Part shown: piece after piece, positions 1-9,178 of the stretch
Position numbering within the stretch: the stretch's first letter is position 1
Layout: every line of letters starts with the position of its first letter
From: a virus
DNA length: 64,000 nucleotides
Strand: one strand, 5' to 3'
IMG/VR virus record: IMGVR_UViG_3300020192_000008
Span: 43,273-107,272 of that record
Translations under genes and position numbers: made by a program
The notes under the pieces: generated by a model
Seen by the model: only the letters and a program-made list of their open reading frames with translations
What the model was told of the DNA's origin: nothing
Databases searched by the model: none

Positions 1-731
1 GTCAGCACCGAGAAGACACGCTGAGCGGCCTCGTCGGCATCCCAACCAGCCGACGCGGCCTTCTCGACCGCCAGCTCACTGGCCAGATCGTCGAGAGCCG
101 AGCCCTCTTTGACCTTGTCGTGAACCTTCTTCGCGCCGTAGGCCGCACCGCCAGCAGCTGCTGCACCAGCGGCGTGAATAGCTGCACCAACCGCCTTGGA
201 CTTGCCCTCACTCGCTTTCCAGCCGGCCTTGTGGGACGTGCGGTCGGCTGCGTTCATCGCACGGCGACCAGTGGCCTCCATGTGCGTGGAGACCCCCTCG
301 CTGACCCTCTTGCCGATGTGGCTGAGAGGCGCCTTGAGGCGATCGATGAACTTCGATCCGTCTGCTGGGGCCTTGCCGGCGATCTTGGTGAGCTCCTGGA
401 CGTAGGCATGAGCCATCACGCGACCGAGGTAGTCGGCTTCGGCAACCTTCGCCATGGCCTCCTTCTTCTCCTCGTGCTCTTCCTTCGCCTTCTCGACCTT
501 CTCCTCTTTCTCCTCTTTCTCGCCCTCGTCCTCGGCGAGCTTGTTCATGTTCTCGACCCACTGGCCGTAGATGCCACGAACCTGGGCATCGGGCATCGAG
601 TTGAGGTCGAGGCCATTGGCCTCTGCCGTCTTGACGAAGAGGTCGACGGAAGCGTCCTTCTCGAAGGCTTCCTGCTGGGCGCTGGAGTTGCCGGTTCCGT
701 AGTGGGCGGCGAGGAGTTCGTTCATGCTCAT
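1..731 (-). CDS. Head scaffold/internal head protein, runs off the window edge
   Basis: Not in the ORF track. My translation from ATG 731: MSMNELLAAHYG...EKDASVDLFVKTAE...GRVMAHAYVQELTKIAG..., open to position 1. Acidic coiled coil, many K-x-A motifs, directly downstream of the protease. Confidence 0.6.
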   Translation of the reverse strand, partial: MSMNELLAAHYGTGNSSAQQEAFEKDASVDLFVKTAEANGLDLNSMPDAQVRGIYGQWVENMNKLAEDEGEKEEKEEKVEKAKEEHEEKKEAMAKVAEADYLGRVMAHAYVQELTKIAGKAPADGSKFIDRLKAPLSHIGKRVSEGVSTHMEATGRRAMNAADRTSHKAGWKASEGKSKAVGAAIHAAGAAAAGGAAYGAKKVHDKVKEGSALDDLASELAVEKAASAGWDADEAAQRVFSVL

Positions 732-821
732 GGTGGTGTCCCTTGGTTCTTGATCAGTTGAGGATTACGCGCTGCGTGTTCCTCGAGGGGGAACCCCTCT
801 CCACGCCGGCTTTCGCCCGAG

Positions 822-2471
822 TTACAGAAGGCCCCCGTAGATGTCAGCGCCCAACTCGTCCCAGAAAGCGTCCCGCAGATAGTGGACCGTGAGGGGAGTG
901 AAGAGCTGATCAACTGGTGCCGACGCCAGCTTACTGAACTCACTACCCCTTGGGGCAGATGCGTTCAGAAGTCCTTGTGCGCCGCTCACCAGATCCATGA
1001 GAGTTGTTCGGTACCCGTTGTAGGCAGCTCCTATCTTACGCAGCACTTCTGAGGGATGGGAAGAAGAGGCCCTCTTCTCACCCCCGTCGCTCTTCTTCAT
1101 CACAAGTACACGATGCTCAATCGCAGGCGCGAGAGCAGAGCGTGATTCCATGAGAGGGAGAAGAAGTCTTGCAAGTGAAGGAAGGAAGGAAGCGTGGCCG
1201 AGAGACATACTCTCAGTATCTTTCGATCTGGGGAAGACGATGTTCCGACGATCAAAGTCGTCAGCCATGTCTCTCCGTCCGATCTGAATCAAGACGATAC
1301 GCTGAAACTCCCTGGGACGAAGAACGATGCCCAAACCACCAGAAGTAGACAGGGAGCTGGGCAGGTCATGTTTCCCGAGTGCATCAAGCACATCATCAGG
1401 CAAATCTTCTTCTTCTCTCGACAGAGTGGCCACCGCCTTGCCAGCGAACTGGCTCGGCACAATGTCCTTGATGATCTCACTCTTCTTGAGCTTCGCGTCC
1501 TTGTATTGGAACGCTTCCTTGAAGATTGACTCGTTGAGAGAAGCCGTCTTTTCCCCAACGGTCATCTCGTCGTAGCCGAGCTTCTCCGCCTCATAGGCAG
1601 AAGAGCCGAACGAATAGACGCGCCCCTCAGACGCGATCTTCATCATCGTCTTGGCTGTCTTGTCAGCCCCGATGAAGACGAAAGAGATGTCGAAGAACTT
1701 CGGGAAGTCGTTGTAGACGTACACCTTCCGGCCATCGGCCAGAATCTTGTTCATCTGATTGCGAGCGTGCTCGCAATAGTCCTTCCGAGTGATCGACACG
1801 CCCCGGATAGGGGTCTTCTTATGGATGGCGAGGATGGCCTGGCCCGGAGACGCGTGCTTCTTCGGGTCGAAGGTGGCAGCCGCCTCGTGGTACCGCTTCC
1901 AATCGAGGCAGATGGAGCACGTATCGAAGGGCACCTTGCAGCCCATCGAGACATCCGGAAACATGCCCTGGCTGAGCTTGTCCCAGACCTGCGTGCCCCC
2001 GTACTCCTGGCACTTGAGCTTATCGACCCGAGTAACGAGCTCGACGCGCTTGAGCCTCGGGTGCCAGACAGCCAGCTCCACCTCACCGAAGGCGCGGCCT
2101 GCGTCCTTGTTGCGATGGTGGGCGTAGGGGTGGGCTGAATAGAAGGTCGGGTAGCCGTACGCCCAATCCTTCGCCTTGATCTTGTCGAGCAAAGGGTTGC
2201 CCGTCCAATCATCAGGGCGATGGATCAGGGCAGCTTCTGGGAAGTGATCGCCGTTGACATTGGAGCCGAAGAACTCTCCGGCCCCCATGGCATTGACGAG
2301 GTTGTACGCTGCATCATTCCGGGGCCTGAGCGACTCGATATACTTGACGACGTCAGGAAGAAGTGTGGCTGATGCGGTCTTCTCGAAGTACGCATCAGAC
2401 GCTTTGTTGAAGAGCGGGATGACCGTTGGGCCAGTCTCGCTCTCACCCCAGTATGTGCAGAGCTTGTACAT
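822..2471 (-). CDS. Prohead (capsid maturation) protease, HK97/assemblin-like fold with Zn-binding insert
   Basis: HHRNKD (candidate catalytic His), DVSMGC (candidate catalytic Ser), CSIC...YCEH, FFDISFVFIGAD; lies among head genes. Confidence 0.7.
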   Translation of the reverse strand: MYKLCTYWGESETGPTVIPLFNKASDAYFEKTASATLLPDVVKYIESLRPRNDAAYNLVNAMGAGEFFGSNVNGDHFPEAALIHRPDDWTGNPLLDKIKAKDWAYGYPTFYSAHPYAHHRNKDAGRAFGEVELAVWHPRLKRVELVTRVDKLKCQEYGGTQVWDKLSQGMFPDVSMGCKVPFDTCSICLDWKRYHEAAATFDPKKHASPGQAILAIHKKTPIRGVSITRKDYCEHARNQMNKILADGRKVYVYNDFPKFFDISFVFIGADKTAKTMMKIASEGRVYSFGSSAYEAEKLGYDEMTVGEKTASLNESIFKEAFQYKDAKLKKSEIIKDIVPSQFAGKAVATLSREEEDLPDDVLDALGKHDLPSSLSTSGGLGIVLRPREFQRIVLIQIGRRDMADDFDRRNIVFPRSKDTESMSLGHASFLPSLARLLLPLMESRSALAPAIEHRVLVMKKSDGGEKRASSSHPSEVLRKIGAAYNGYRTTLMDLVSGAQGLLNASAPRGSEFSKLASAPVDQLFTPLTVHYLRDAFWDELGADIYGGLL

Positions 2472-3010
2472 AAGGGGCCCTGACCGCCCTTGTTGTTGCG
2501 GCGCTGGTAGGGCTTGGCGACGACCTTGGGCTTGAGCGACTCGGCGAACGAGTTACCTGCGTGCTCACCACCCCTACGCCACGAATCAGCCATGGGGGAC
2601 TTGAACTTGTCGGAGGCCGACAGGCTCTCGGTGAGGATGCCACCGGCTGACATGGGGTTGTCGGCCATGCGGCGCAGATAGGTCCCGGCGACGATCGGGT
2701 CCTTGGCGAAGTTCGGATTCATGTTCCGAAGCGACGAGTACATCTGGTTGAACATCTTCGGGTCGCGCTCGTGATGCTCATGCAGGTCCGGGTTCAGTTC
2801 CAAGATCTGCTTGAAGTCGTGCGACTTGGTGGCCGCATCGTAGATCTTGCCAGCGGCCATGCCGGCGCCGGCGAAGGCAACTCCGGCAGCAGCCATCCCA
2901 AGACCCTGCGTCATCGCATGGCCGAAGCCCTTGGCAGCTTCACCACCGAAGGCGACCTTCTCCTGGGGCTCGCCGTACTGGGCGTAGAAGTCATCGAGGG
3001 GGTTAGACAT
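2471..3010 (-). CDS. Virion/head-associated protein (179 aa if TTA is stop)
   Basis: EKVAF motif and Gly/Ala hydrophobic segment. In-frame TTA 2473-2471 overlaps the protease ATG (TTATG). The standard code would extend it to 2225, about 245 nt into the protease gene. Confidence 0.65.
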
Positions 3011-4206
3011 CAGCCGCCTCCGCTCTGGAGCATCTGCTCGAGGTAGTTGTGCTCTTGCGTCCCAGGGATGGCGGCCAGCGTTTGGTACTTCGCCTTCTGG
3101 AACGTGGGGTCGTACTTGAGGTTCCGGCGGTAGGCCTCGTGGGCCAAGACAGCGGGGGCAGCGACAGCGCCGACTTGGGCTGCAGTGCCGAAGCCCTGGC
3201 CTTTGCCCTTACCCATGAGCACTTCACCGACAGCCCTGCCCCCCTTGCCCGCGTACTCGACGCCCTTCTTGGCAGCGTTGACGCCCTTCATGAGCAGGCC
3301 TTCACTGGCTGCTCGCTTCACGAAGGAGGTGAGCACGTCGAGGTTGTCCTTGACGTAGTCGCGCTCTGTTCGGAGGGAGGCCACCTTGGTCAGCACTTCG
3401 CAGTAGTCCTGGAAGTCTTTGATCAGAGGGTGCTCGGGGTTGGGGTTACCAACCGAGGCCGTCTTCTCGATCGACTCGACCATGTCTACCTGCGAGCGGA
3501 AGACACCGTTCTCCATCAGCTCCGGGAGGACCTGACGGAAGGCGACCTTCACGTACTCACCCGTAGGCGCGAAGTTCTCCCAGATCTGAGCGACCTCGCC
3601 GAGGCTGTGACCAGAGAGGGCAGCCTGCTTGACGTTGTAGAAGTTCCTCGTTCGGAGGTCGTCGTACATCGTCTCGAGGCCGGAGATATGAGCGGTCAGG
3701 CTCTCGTAGGAGGAGGCGAGCTTGTCGCGCAGGGCAATAGCATCACCGAGGGGGTTCTCGTCTGGCAGGGCACTGGCCTCCTTGCCGAACATGTCCTCGA
3801 GCTCTCGCTCATGAAAACGCGATGCCTTCTTCTCCTTGGCAGGAGGGGGCTGGCTGTAGTCGCTCGAGCCACGGCTGAAGTGGGCAACGCCGGCGCTCTT
3901 GTTGAGCTCCTGCAGAACGTACCCAGGGCTCGCCGGCTCCTGGCCGCCGAAGTCCACGACCTTGTGGCCAGCCTCGCCGGCTTTGGAGAACTCGGTGAGG
4001 TAGGCGTCCGTGTTGGCGAACTCAACAACACGCTTGATCTGTTCGGCCGACAGACTCGCTGTCTTCACGGTCTGTACGACCGCCTCGTTGAGAGTGGAGT
4101 ATCGCCCCTCGGACCAGCGCGCAGCCGCGTGCTTGCCCAGAACCTGGAGCTGCTCGCCGTCCATTCGGCGAGCCTTCATCTGCTGCAGCAAACCGTGGTC
4201 TGACAT
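3010..4206 (-). CDS. Head-associated protein rich in K-x-A-S motifs
   Basis: 398-aa ORF with AAGGAG SD and TGATG coupling to the next gene; VKTAS, EKKAS, GKEAS, DKLAS, EKTAS, TKVAS. Confidence 0.7.
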   Translation of the reverse strand: MSDHGLLQQMKARRMDGEQLQVLGKHAAARWSEGRYSTLNEAVVQTVKTASLSAEQIKRVVEFANTDAYLTEFSKAGEAGHKVVDFGGQEPASPGYVLQELNKSAGVAHFSRGSSDYSQPPPAKEKKASRFHERELEDMFGKEASALPDENPLGDAIALRDKLASSYESLTAHISGLETMYDDLRTRNFYNVKQAALSGHSLGEVAQIWENFAPTGEYVKVAFRQVLPELMENGVFRSQVDMVESIEKTASVGNPNPEHPLIKDFQDYCEVLTKVASLRTERDYVKDNLDVLTSFVKRAASEGLLMKGVNAAKKGVEYAGKGGRAVGEVLMGKGKGQGFGTAAQVGAVAAPAVLAHEAYRRNLKYDPTFQKAKYQTLAAIPGTQEHNYLEQMLQSGGG

Positions 4207-4242
4207 TCACTGCTCCTTCAAGAATCCGTTACAAGAAGTACC

Positions 4243-4938
4243 ATGGATAAAAAACTCATGGGAAGCTGGCCCCGGCTGGTCTCCGTGCTGGAAGCAGCCG
4301 AGATGCTTTCGGTTTCTGTCGATCAAGTCCATCGCTGGAACCGGGATGGTCTACTAGAGGCTGAGTACCCAGAGGGAAGAAGAGGGGGGAAGTACTTCCA
4401 GACGGAAGACATCCAGACCCTCATAGAAGCTCGGGCCAGCAAGACGCTCTCTGACCATGATGTGAAGATTCTAGCCCTTCAGTCTCTGGTCTCCTCCAAG
4501 AGGGCAGAACGAAAACTCGATGAGCTGCTTGGGATGCTCGGTGTTTCGGACGTGAAGCTCGGTACCTCGAGGGAGGAGGTCTTGGCTTTCTTCGTCGAGG
4601 TAGAGGACGAGATCAAGGAGGGTGAGCCGCTCCTACCCGAGGAGGCGATCGGCTGGGCCAAGCGGATGCTGGGCATCACCGAGGAGTACCTGGAGCTAGT
4701 GAAGGAGCACACGTTCATGCTCGAGCCCTGGGTCCCGTACATGCAGCTCTCCAAGAAGCTGCACGACAAGTTCCCAGCAGGGCAGGCAGGGGCCTACCTC
4801 TCTCACGCCATCCGTAATCTTCGGCACACGGCGTACTTCTACGTGCGTCGGGCGGATGGGGTGAGAGAGGCGACGAAGCGCTTTCCCGAGGGTGGCGTGA
4901 CGAGCCAGCTCCTCGGGATCATGTTTCCGAAGAGCTAA
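4243..4938 (+). CDS. Helix-turn-helix DNA-binding protein (MerR/excisionase-like N-terminus)
   Basis: LVSVLEAAEMLSVSVDQVHRWNRDGLL...GGKYFQTEDI. Confidence 0.7.
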   Translation: MDKKLMGSWPRLVSVLEAAEMLSVSVDQVHRWNRDGLLEAEYPEGRRGGKYFQTEDIQTLIEARASKTLSDHDVKILALQSLVSSKRAERKLDELLGMLGVSDVKLGTSREEVLAFFVEVEDEIKEGEPLLPEEAIGWAKRMLGITEEYLELVKEHTFMLEPWVPYMQLSKKLHDKFPAGQAGAYLSHAIRNLRHTAYFYVRRADGVREATKRFPEGGVTSQLLGIMFPKS

Positions 4939-7836
4939 CCCTTGGTTCGTTGGCCCCGAGTAACCGCCGAGGTTGGGGCCACCGCTCCGAGCGTTCTCTT
5001 TCTTCGGGGTGATGATGTCCGGCCTGGGGTGGATGATCATCGAGCCAACGAAGCAGTAGATGATAGAGTGCAACGCATCATCAGGCCGATCGGGCCTGTG
5101 CTGGTACTGGATCATGTGAAGAGACTGGTTGTACTCTGTGAAGATGTTCAGGATGTCTTGCCCGAACGGCTCACGGAACTCTTCCCACCTGGGGAACATG
5201 ATCTGCTTGCGCTTGATGGCCGTGAAGACATCGCTCACGACTTCCGTCTTGTGCACCTTCCAACGCTGCAGCTTACCGTCCCACTCGACCTTCTTCTTGT
5301 TACGGGCCATGTACTGGAAGCGGTGCACGCGCTGGGTGCCGAAGCGACGGATCAAGTAGGCGTTGTTGTTGAAGCCACCGCCGTAGTCGCACCCGATGAT
5401 GCGGACGTTGTACGCATGCAGGATGCGCTTGATCTTCTCGAGCTGGATCTCAGGGTCCGTGTCTTCACCCGTGAAGCGGTGGATGAAGAAGATCTTGAAC
5501 TTCATCCCGTCGTAGTAGCCGAGACTCATGACCGTGTAGCTGTTCTCGCCCGTGTTACCTTGGTACGCGATGCTTCCGTTACGCTCTGTGACGATGTACC
5601 CCGAAGGCACGGCGCAGCAGTACACCTTGCCCGCATAGGGGACGTGCTTCACCGCCGTGGAGGGGGTGTTGAACTGGTAGTCTCGGCCCTCCGACCACAA
5701 GGCTCTCCAGCGCGTCTTCCGGTTCCCCTCCGCAGGCTTGTGCAGCTTCACGGAGCACCGAAGACCGAGCTTTATGCAGATCTCCTGGAAGTCCTCGCAC
5801 AGCCCTTTTGACGTCGAATAGAAGGCCCCTCCTGTGCAGCCCTCCCGAGGGTCCGTGTAACCGTCTCCGTCTACCAGGGCCTGAAACAAGATCCGAAGCT
5901 GCCTTTGGCCGAGGCCGAGGAACTCCCGTGGGATACGCTTCTCGTCCCCTTCGACCCCTACGTTCTGGGCGTACCACGCCCAGTACTGCTTGCCGTAAAT
6001 GGTCCAGTTGACGTCCCCAGTCTTTGGGTTCGGGAACGCCTTGAACGAGACCCCCACCCGGTCGAGAGACGCCTGCATCTTGAGGTAGGTCTCGTGGTTG
6101 ACCGTCTCCCTCTGCGACATCTTGAGGCAGGACGGGCGGCCCCCATCAAAGCAGACCCCGCCCTCTGTCACGAGATAGCCGAGTAGCTCCAACCAGTCGT
6201 CCATGGGGACGGTCTTGTCCTCAGAGCCCTTGTACCCAGGGCTCGTCGGCAGCCCCGGCAGCGTGAAGGCCTGCTTCTCCTCTCCTTGCCAGTCGACGTA
6301 GCCCACGAACTTGACGTTGCCGCCCCGTTCTACGAGTTCGCCCGCCGACTCGGTGAGCCACCGCTCTCCCTGGGAAGTCCCGACACGCATGCGGTGCGTA
6401 TGGGTGATCATCAGATCGAGCCCCCCCTTGGTCTCGAAGTGTAGAAGTGGCTGGTCCCAGTCGCGTACCGTACGAACCTTCGGAGCCACGAAGGTCATCG
6501 CACGCGTTTCTGGATCCCACTGGGCTACCTTGTCTTCGTCGGTGAGATCACAGAAGTACTTGAAGCCAGACTGCGTAAGAATGCGTGTCTTGTCATCGTG
6601 ACAGCCCCAGTCGATGCCAGCGAAGATGTTGCCGGCGGTAGCCGTCTTGCGGATCTTCTCGAGGGCCGTGGGGTGCATCGTCAGCTTGGGGTCGCATGAC
6701 TCCTTCAGCTGGCCCATGGTGATGGGCCGGAGGCCTGAGTCGTAAGACATCCCCAAGACTTCGTTGTAGAACTTGTCGCGGGGGTACCGCTCGTAGTCGA
6801 GCAGGATTTCCTCCCACGACCGCCAAGGCACCATCAGCTGGGGGATGCGGTAGCTCTCGAAGACCCCGTCACGGACCTGGTTGATCCACTTCGAGTCCTT
6901 GTGCATGGGGTCGATCTTCCCCCCGCACTTCTCGCAGATGAGGCTCTTCTTACCGATGTTCTTCTCGCAGAGGATGTTCCAGTGCCGGCCAGCACCGCCA
7001 CCAACGGAGGACCCGCAGTGGTCGCACGGCACCATCCACTCACCCTGCGTCGACATCGGGCGGCCCTTGGCCACGCCTGACCGGTAGAACTCGATGGGGT
7101 TGTCGAGCCCTTTGGGTGTGCCGGCGTAGATGAAGCGCTTGAACTTCTCCGGAGCGTGGCTTGTGCACTGCTCGATGACGGGGATGTTGTCGGCGAGAAT
7201 GTCTTGGAGCTCGTCGAGGGTGAGCAGCCAGGCTGGGATGCCTCGGGTACGGTCGGCGTTGAGGAACGCATACCTCAAGGTGATCTTCGCCCGGTTGACG
7301 AACTGCTTCTCGAAGATGTTCTGCGACAGCATGGTCGTCGTGAACGTCTTCAAGACCTGGCTCGTCTCGATGGGCTCCTTGATACGGTCGACCGAGAAGA
7401 CCTTCGTCTGCGTGGCTGACGGGCTCACGTACAGCGTCTTGTACGCCGGCACGACGCACGAGTACGAGAGCATGATGTTGCCGATCATGGTCGACTTCTC
7501 GACCTGCCGGCCACAGAACAGGAGCACGCGCCTGGCTGGGGTGTTGTAGGGGCGGCGCATGTGCCGACGCCCCTCAAACGTGAAGTTCTCGTACCCCATA
7601 CCGTCCTGCCGAGGCATCCGGAAGGCGAACTCGGTGAACTGGCTGGGCAGGACAGCGGGGATCTTGACCGCTGCCCTGCGCTTCTCCTCTATCTCCCAGA
7701 AGTCCTCGAAGGGCTCTGGCTCAGGGAGCCAGGGCTTGCCGTTGTGCATCCTTCGGAGTTCTTCGTCTGTGAACTCTTCAGGCTCGAGGTCCTCTTCAGA
7801 AGGGACCGTGACGGGGTCAGGCTGGAAGCTGCTCAC
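4936..7836 (-). CDS. terL: Terminase large subunit with LAGLIDADG intein
   Basis: GRQVEKST (Walker A-like), LTLDE (Walker B), AGTP, GIDWG nuclease motif, PDDALHS. Ends at in-frame TTA 4938-4936; the standard code runs to 4696, 243 nt into the convergent gene. Confidence 0.88.
5554..6603 (-). mobile_element. Intein (350 aa) with LAGLIDADG homing endonuclease in terminase
   Basis: GIDWG|CHDDKTRILT...THTHRM...ERNGSIAYQGN|TGE; LAGLIDADG-like LLGYLVTEGG and FQALVDGDG; penultimate residue Gly, +1 residue Thr. Confidence 0.9.
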
Positions 7837-8255
7837 AGGCTCTTGATCTTCGCTTCGATGGCTTCGTCGAGCTTCTCGAGGAACTTGTCAGCGTAAGCAT
7901 CGAGGTCGAGGATGTGCCCGAAGCCATCAGCCTGAAACCACCAAGAGTCGACTTCTTGCGTGTAGGCCGCACGCAGCCGTGGGTAGGCTGCGTTGAAGAA
8001 CTCCATGGACGCATCCGAGAGCACCTCGGGGAAGAGGTACCTCCAGTAGTACCCCACCCTCGCGCCCAGATGCTGGATGTCTTTCACCTGGTAGAAGTGG
8101 AAGATAAGGCTTCCCTCGTGGATGCAGACTTCTCCGATGAAGGTCGTGTAGTCCTCGACCTTACGGAAGGTCTTCGCCCTCACCCCCTGCTCCTCCTCCA
8201 TCGAGAGGCGACCCTTCGCTTCCGTCTCCGTCATCTGCTCCGGCTGGTAGTTCAT
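7833..8255 (-). CDS. Hypothetical protein
   Basis: 140-aa ORF coupled to terL by GTGA overlap; true start may be a downstream ATG. Confidence 0.65.
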   Translation of the reverse strand: MNYQPEQMTETEAKGRLSMEEEQGVRAKTFRKVEDYTTFIGEVCIHEGSLIFHFYQVKDIQHLGARVGYYWRYLFPEVLSDASMEFFNAAYPRLRAAYTQEVDSWWFQADGFGHILDLDAYADKFLEKLDEAIEAKIKSL

Positions 8256-9171
8256 GGTGTTCCTCGAGGAGGTTCATATCCATCGTGTGGTTGCCCTGCG
8301 TCACGTCATCGACGAAGGGCAGCTCAGCCGTGTCGTTACGAAGGGCGATGGAAGCAAGCTGCTCCCTGAGATCCTCGTCTGGCTTGACGATGGCTTCCAA
8401 CGTGTCGGTGATCTTGGCGACACCGTTGGTGTAGTTGATGTACTTTTCCGAATCCTTCGGACCGTTGTTGTACGCCGACTCGAACGCTCTGAGGGCACCG
8501 ATGTACCTGCCTGCTTCAAGAATCTTGGCCAAGTCGAGCTTGGAAGGCATCGTCCCAAGACGCATCTGGGACAGCAGGGCTGATAGAGGCGAGAAGGGCA
8601 GGTCAGCTGCAGTCCTTCTGGCATCTGTGTAGAACGCGCGCTTGAGCGAGTCGTGCTGGCTGCGAATGCCCTCTTCAGTGTGGCTGGCTACCTGGTCTAC
8701 CTCGAACTGCAGAAGAGCTCGCATCTCGGTAGAGTCGAGCAGGTCCACATCCCAGAAGAAGAACTTGTAGCGGGCTACCTCCTGCTCGGTGCAGGCGAAG
8801 CCCTTCTGCCTGGTGAGGGCGTGGGCGATAGCAGCAGGCGGGGCCGATGAGAGAATCATCGCCTCGGTGAACTCTTTGATCCTCGGCGACTTGAGGATGC
8901 CCATGGCACCCATCACCGACTGGTCTGGATGGAAGAGCGTGTAGAGCCCGTTCTTCAGTAGCCACCGCACAGACAAGGGATGGTTCTTGTCGTGCGGGAA
9001 GAACTGAGGAGGAGGCTTGAGCTCTCCACGCAGACGATCGAGGTACCAGAAGCCCAGACTGGAGATCTGAGCGAACTGGCACATCACGATGATCTGATCG
9101 TTCGTGTACTTCTTGCCATGGCAGAGCAGGTACTTGAGGTACCTCTCTGCCGGCGAGCGCCTGATGATCAC
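8161..9171 (-). CDS. Hypothetical protein, possible terminase small subunit
   Basis: 336 aa, helical with an HTH-like segment, two genes upstream of terL. Function inferred from position only. Confidence 0.5.
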   Translation of the reverse strand: MIIRRSPAERYLKYLLCHGKKYTNDQIIVMCQFAQISSLGFWYLDRLRGELKPPPQFFPHDKNHPLSVRWLLKNGLYTLFHPDQSVMGAMGILKSPRIKEFTEAMILSSAPPAAIAHALTRQKGFACTEQEVARYKFFFWDVDLLDSTEMRALLQFEVDQVASHTEEGIRSQHDSLKRAFYTDARRTAADLPFSPLSALLSQMRLGTMPSKLDLAKILEAGRYIGALRAFESAYNNGPKDSEKYINYTNGVAKITDTLEAIVKPDEDLREQLASIALRNDTAELPFVDDVTQGNHTMDMNLLEEHHELPAGADDGDGSEGSPLDGGGAGGEGEDLP

Positions 9172-9178
9172 CTAAGGC

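Noticed and set aside
2225-2470. Long overlapping C-terminal extensions in the ORF track (also 4696-4935, 8675-9178, 35159-35266, 51619-51681)
   Set aside because: Each begins exactly at an in-frame TTA and reads as off-frame shadow of the neighbouring gene.
3049-4203. Long antisense ORFs (e.g. 3049-4203, 9353-10651, 15068-16081)
   Set aside because: Expected mirror ORFs of high-GC3 genes, with no recognisable motifs.
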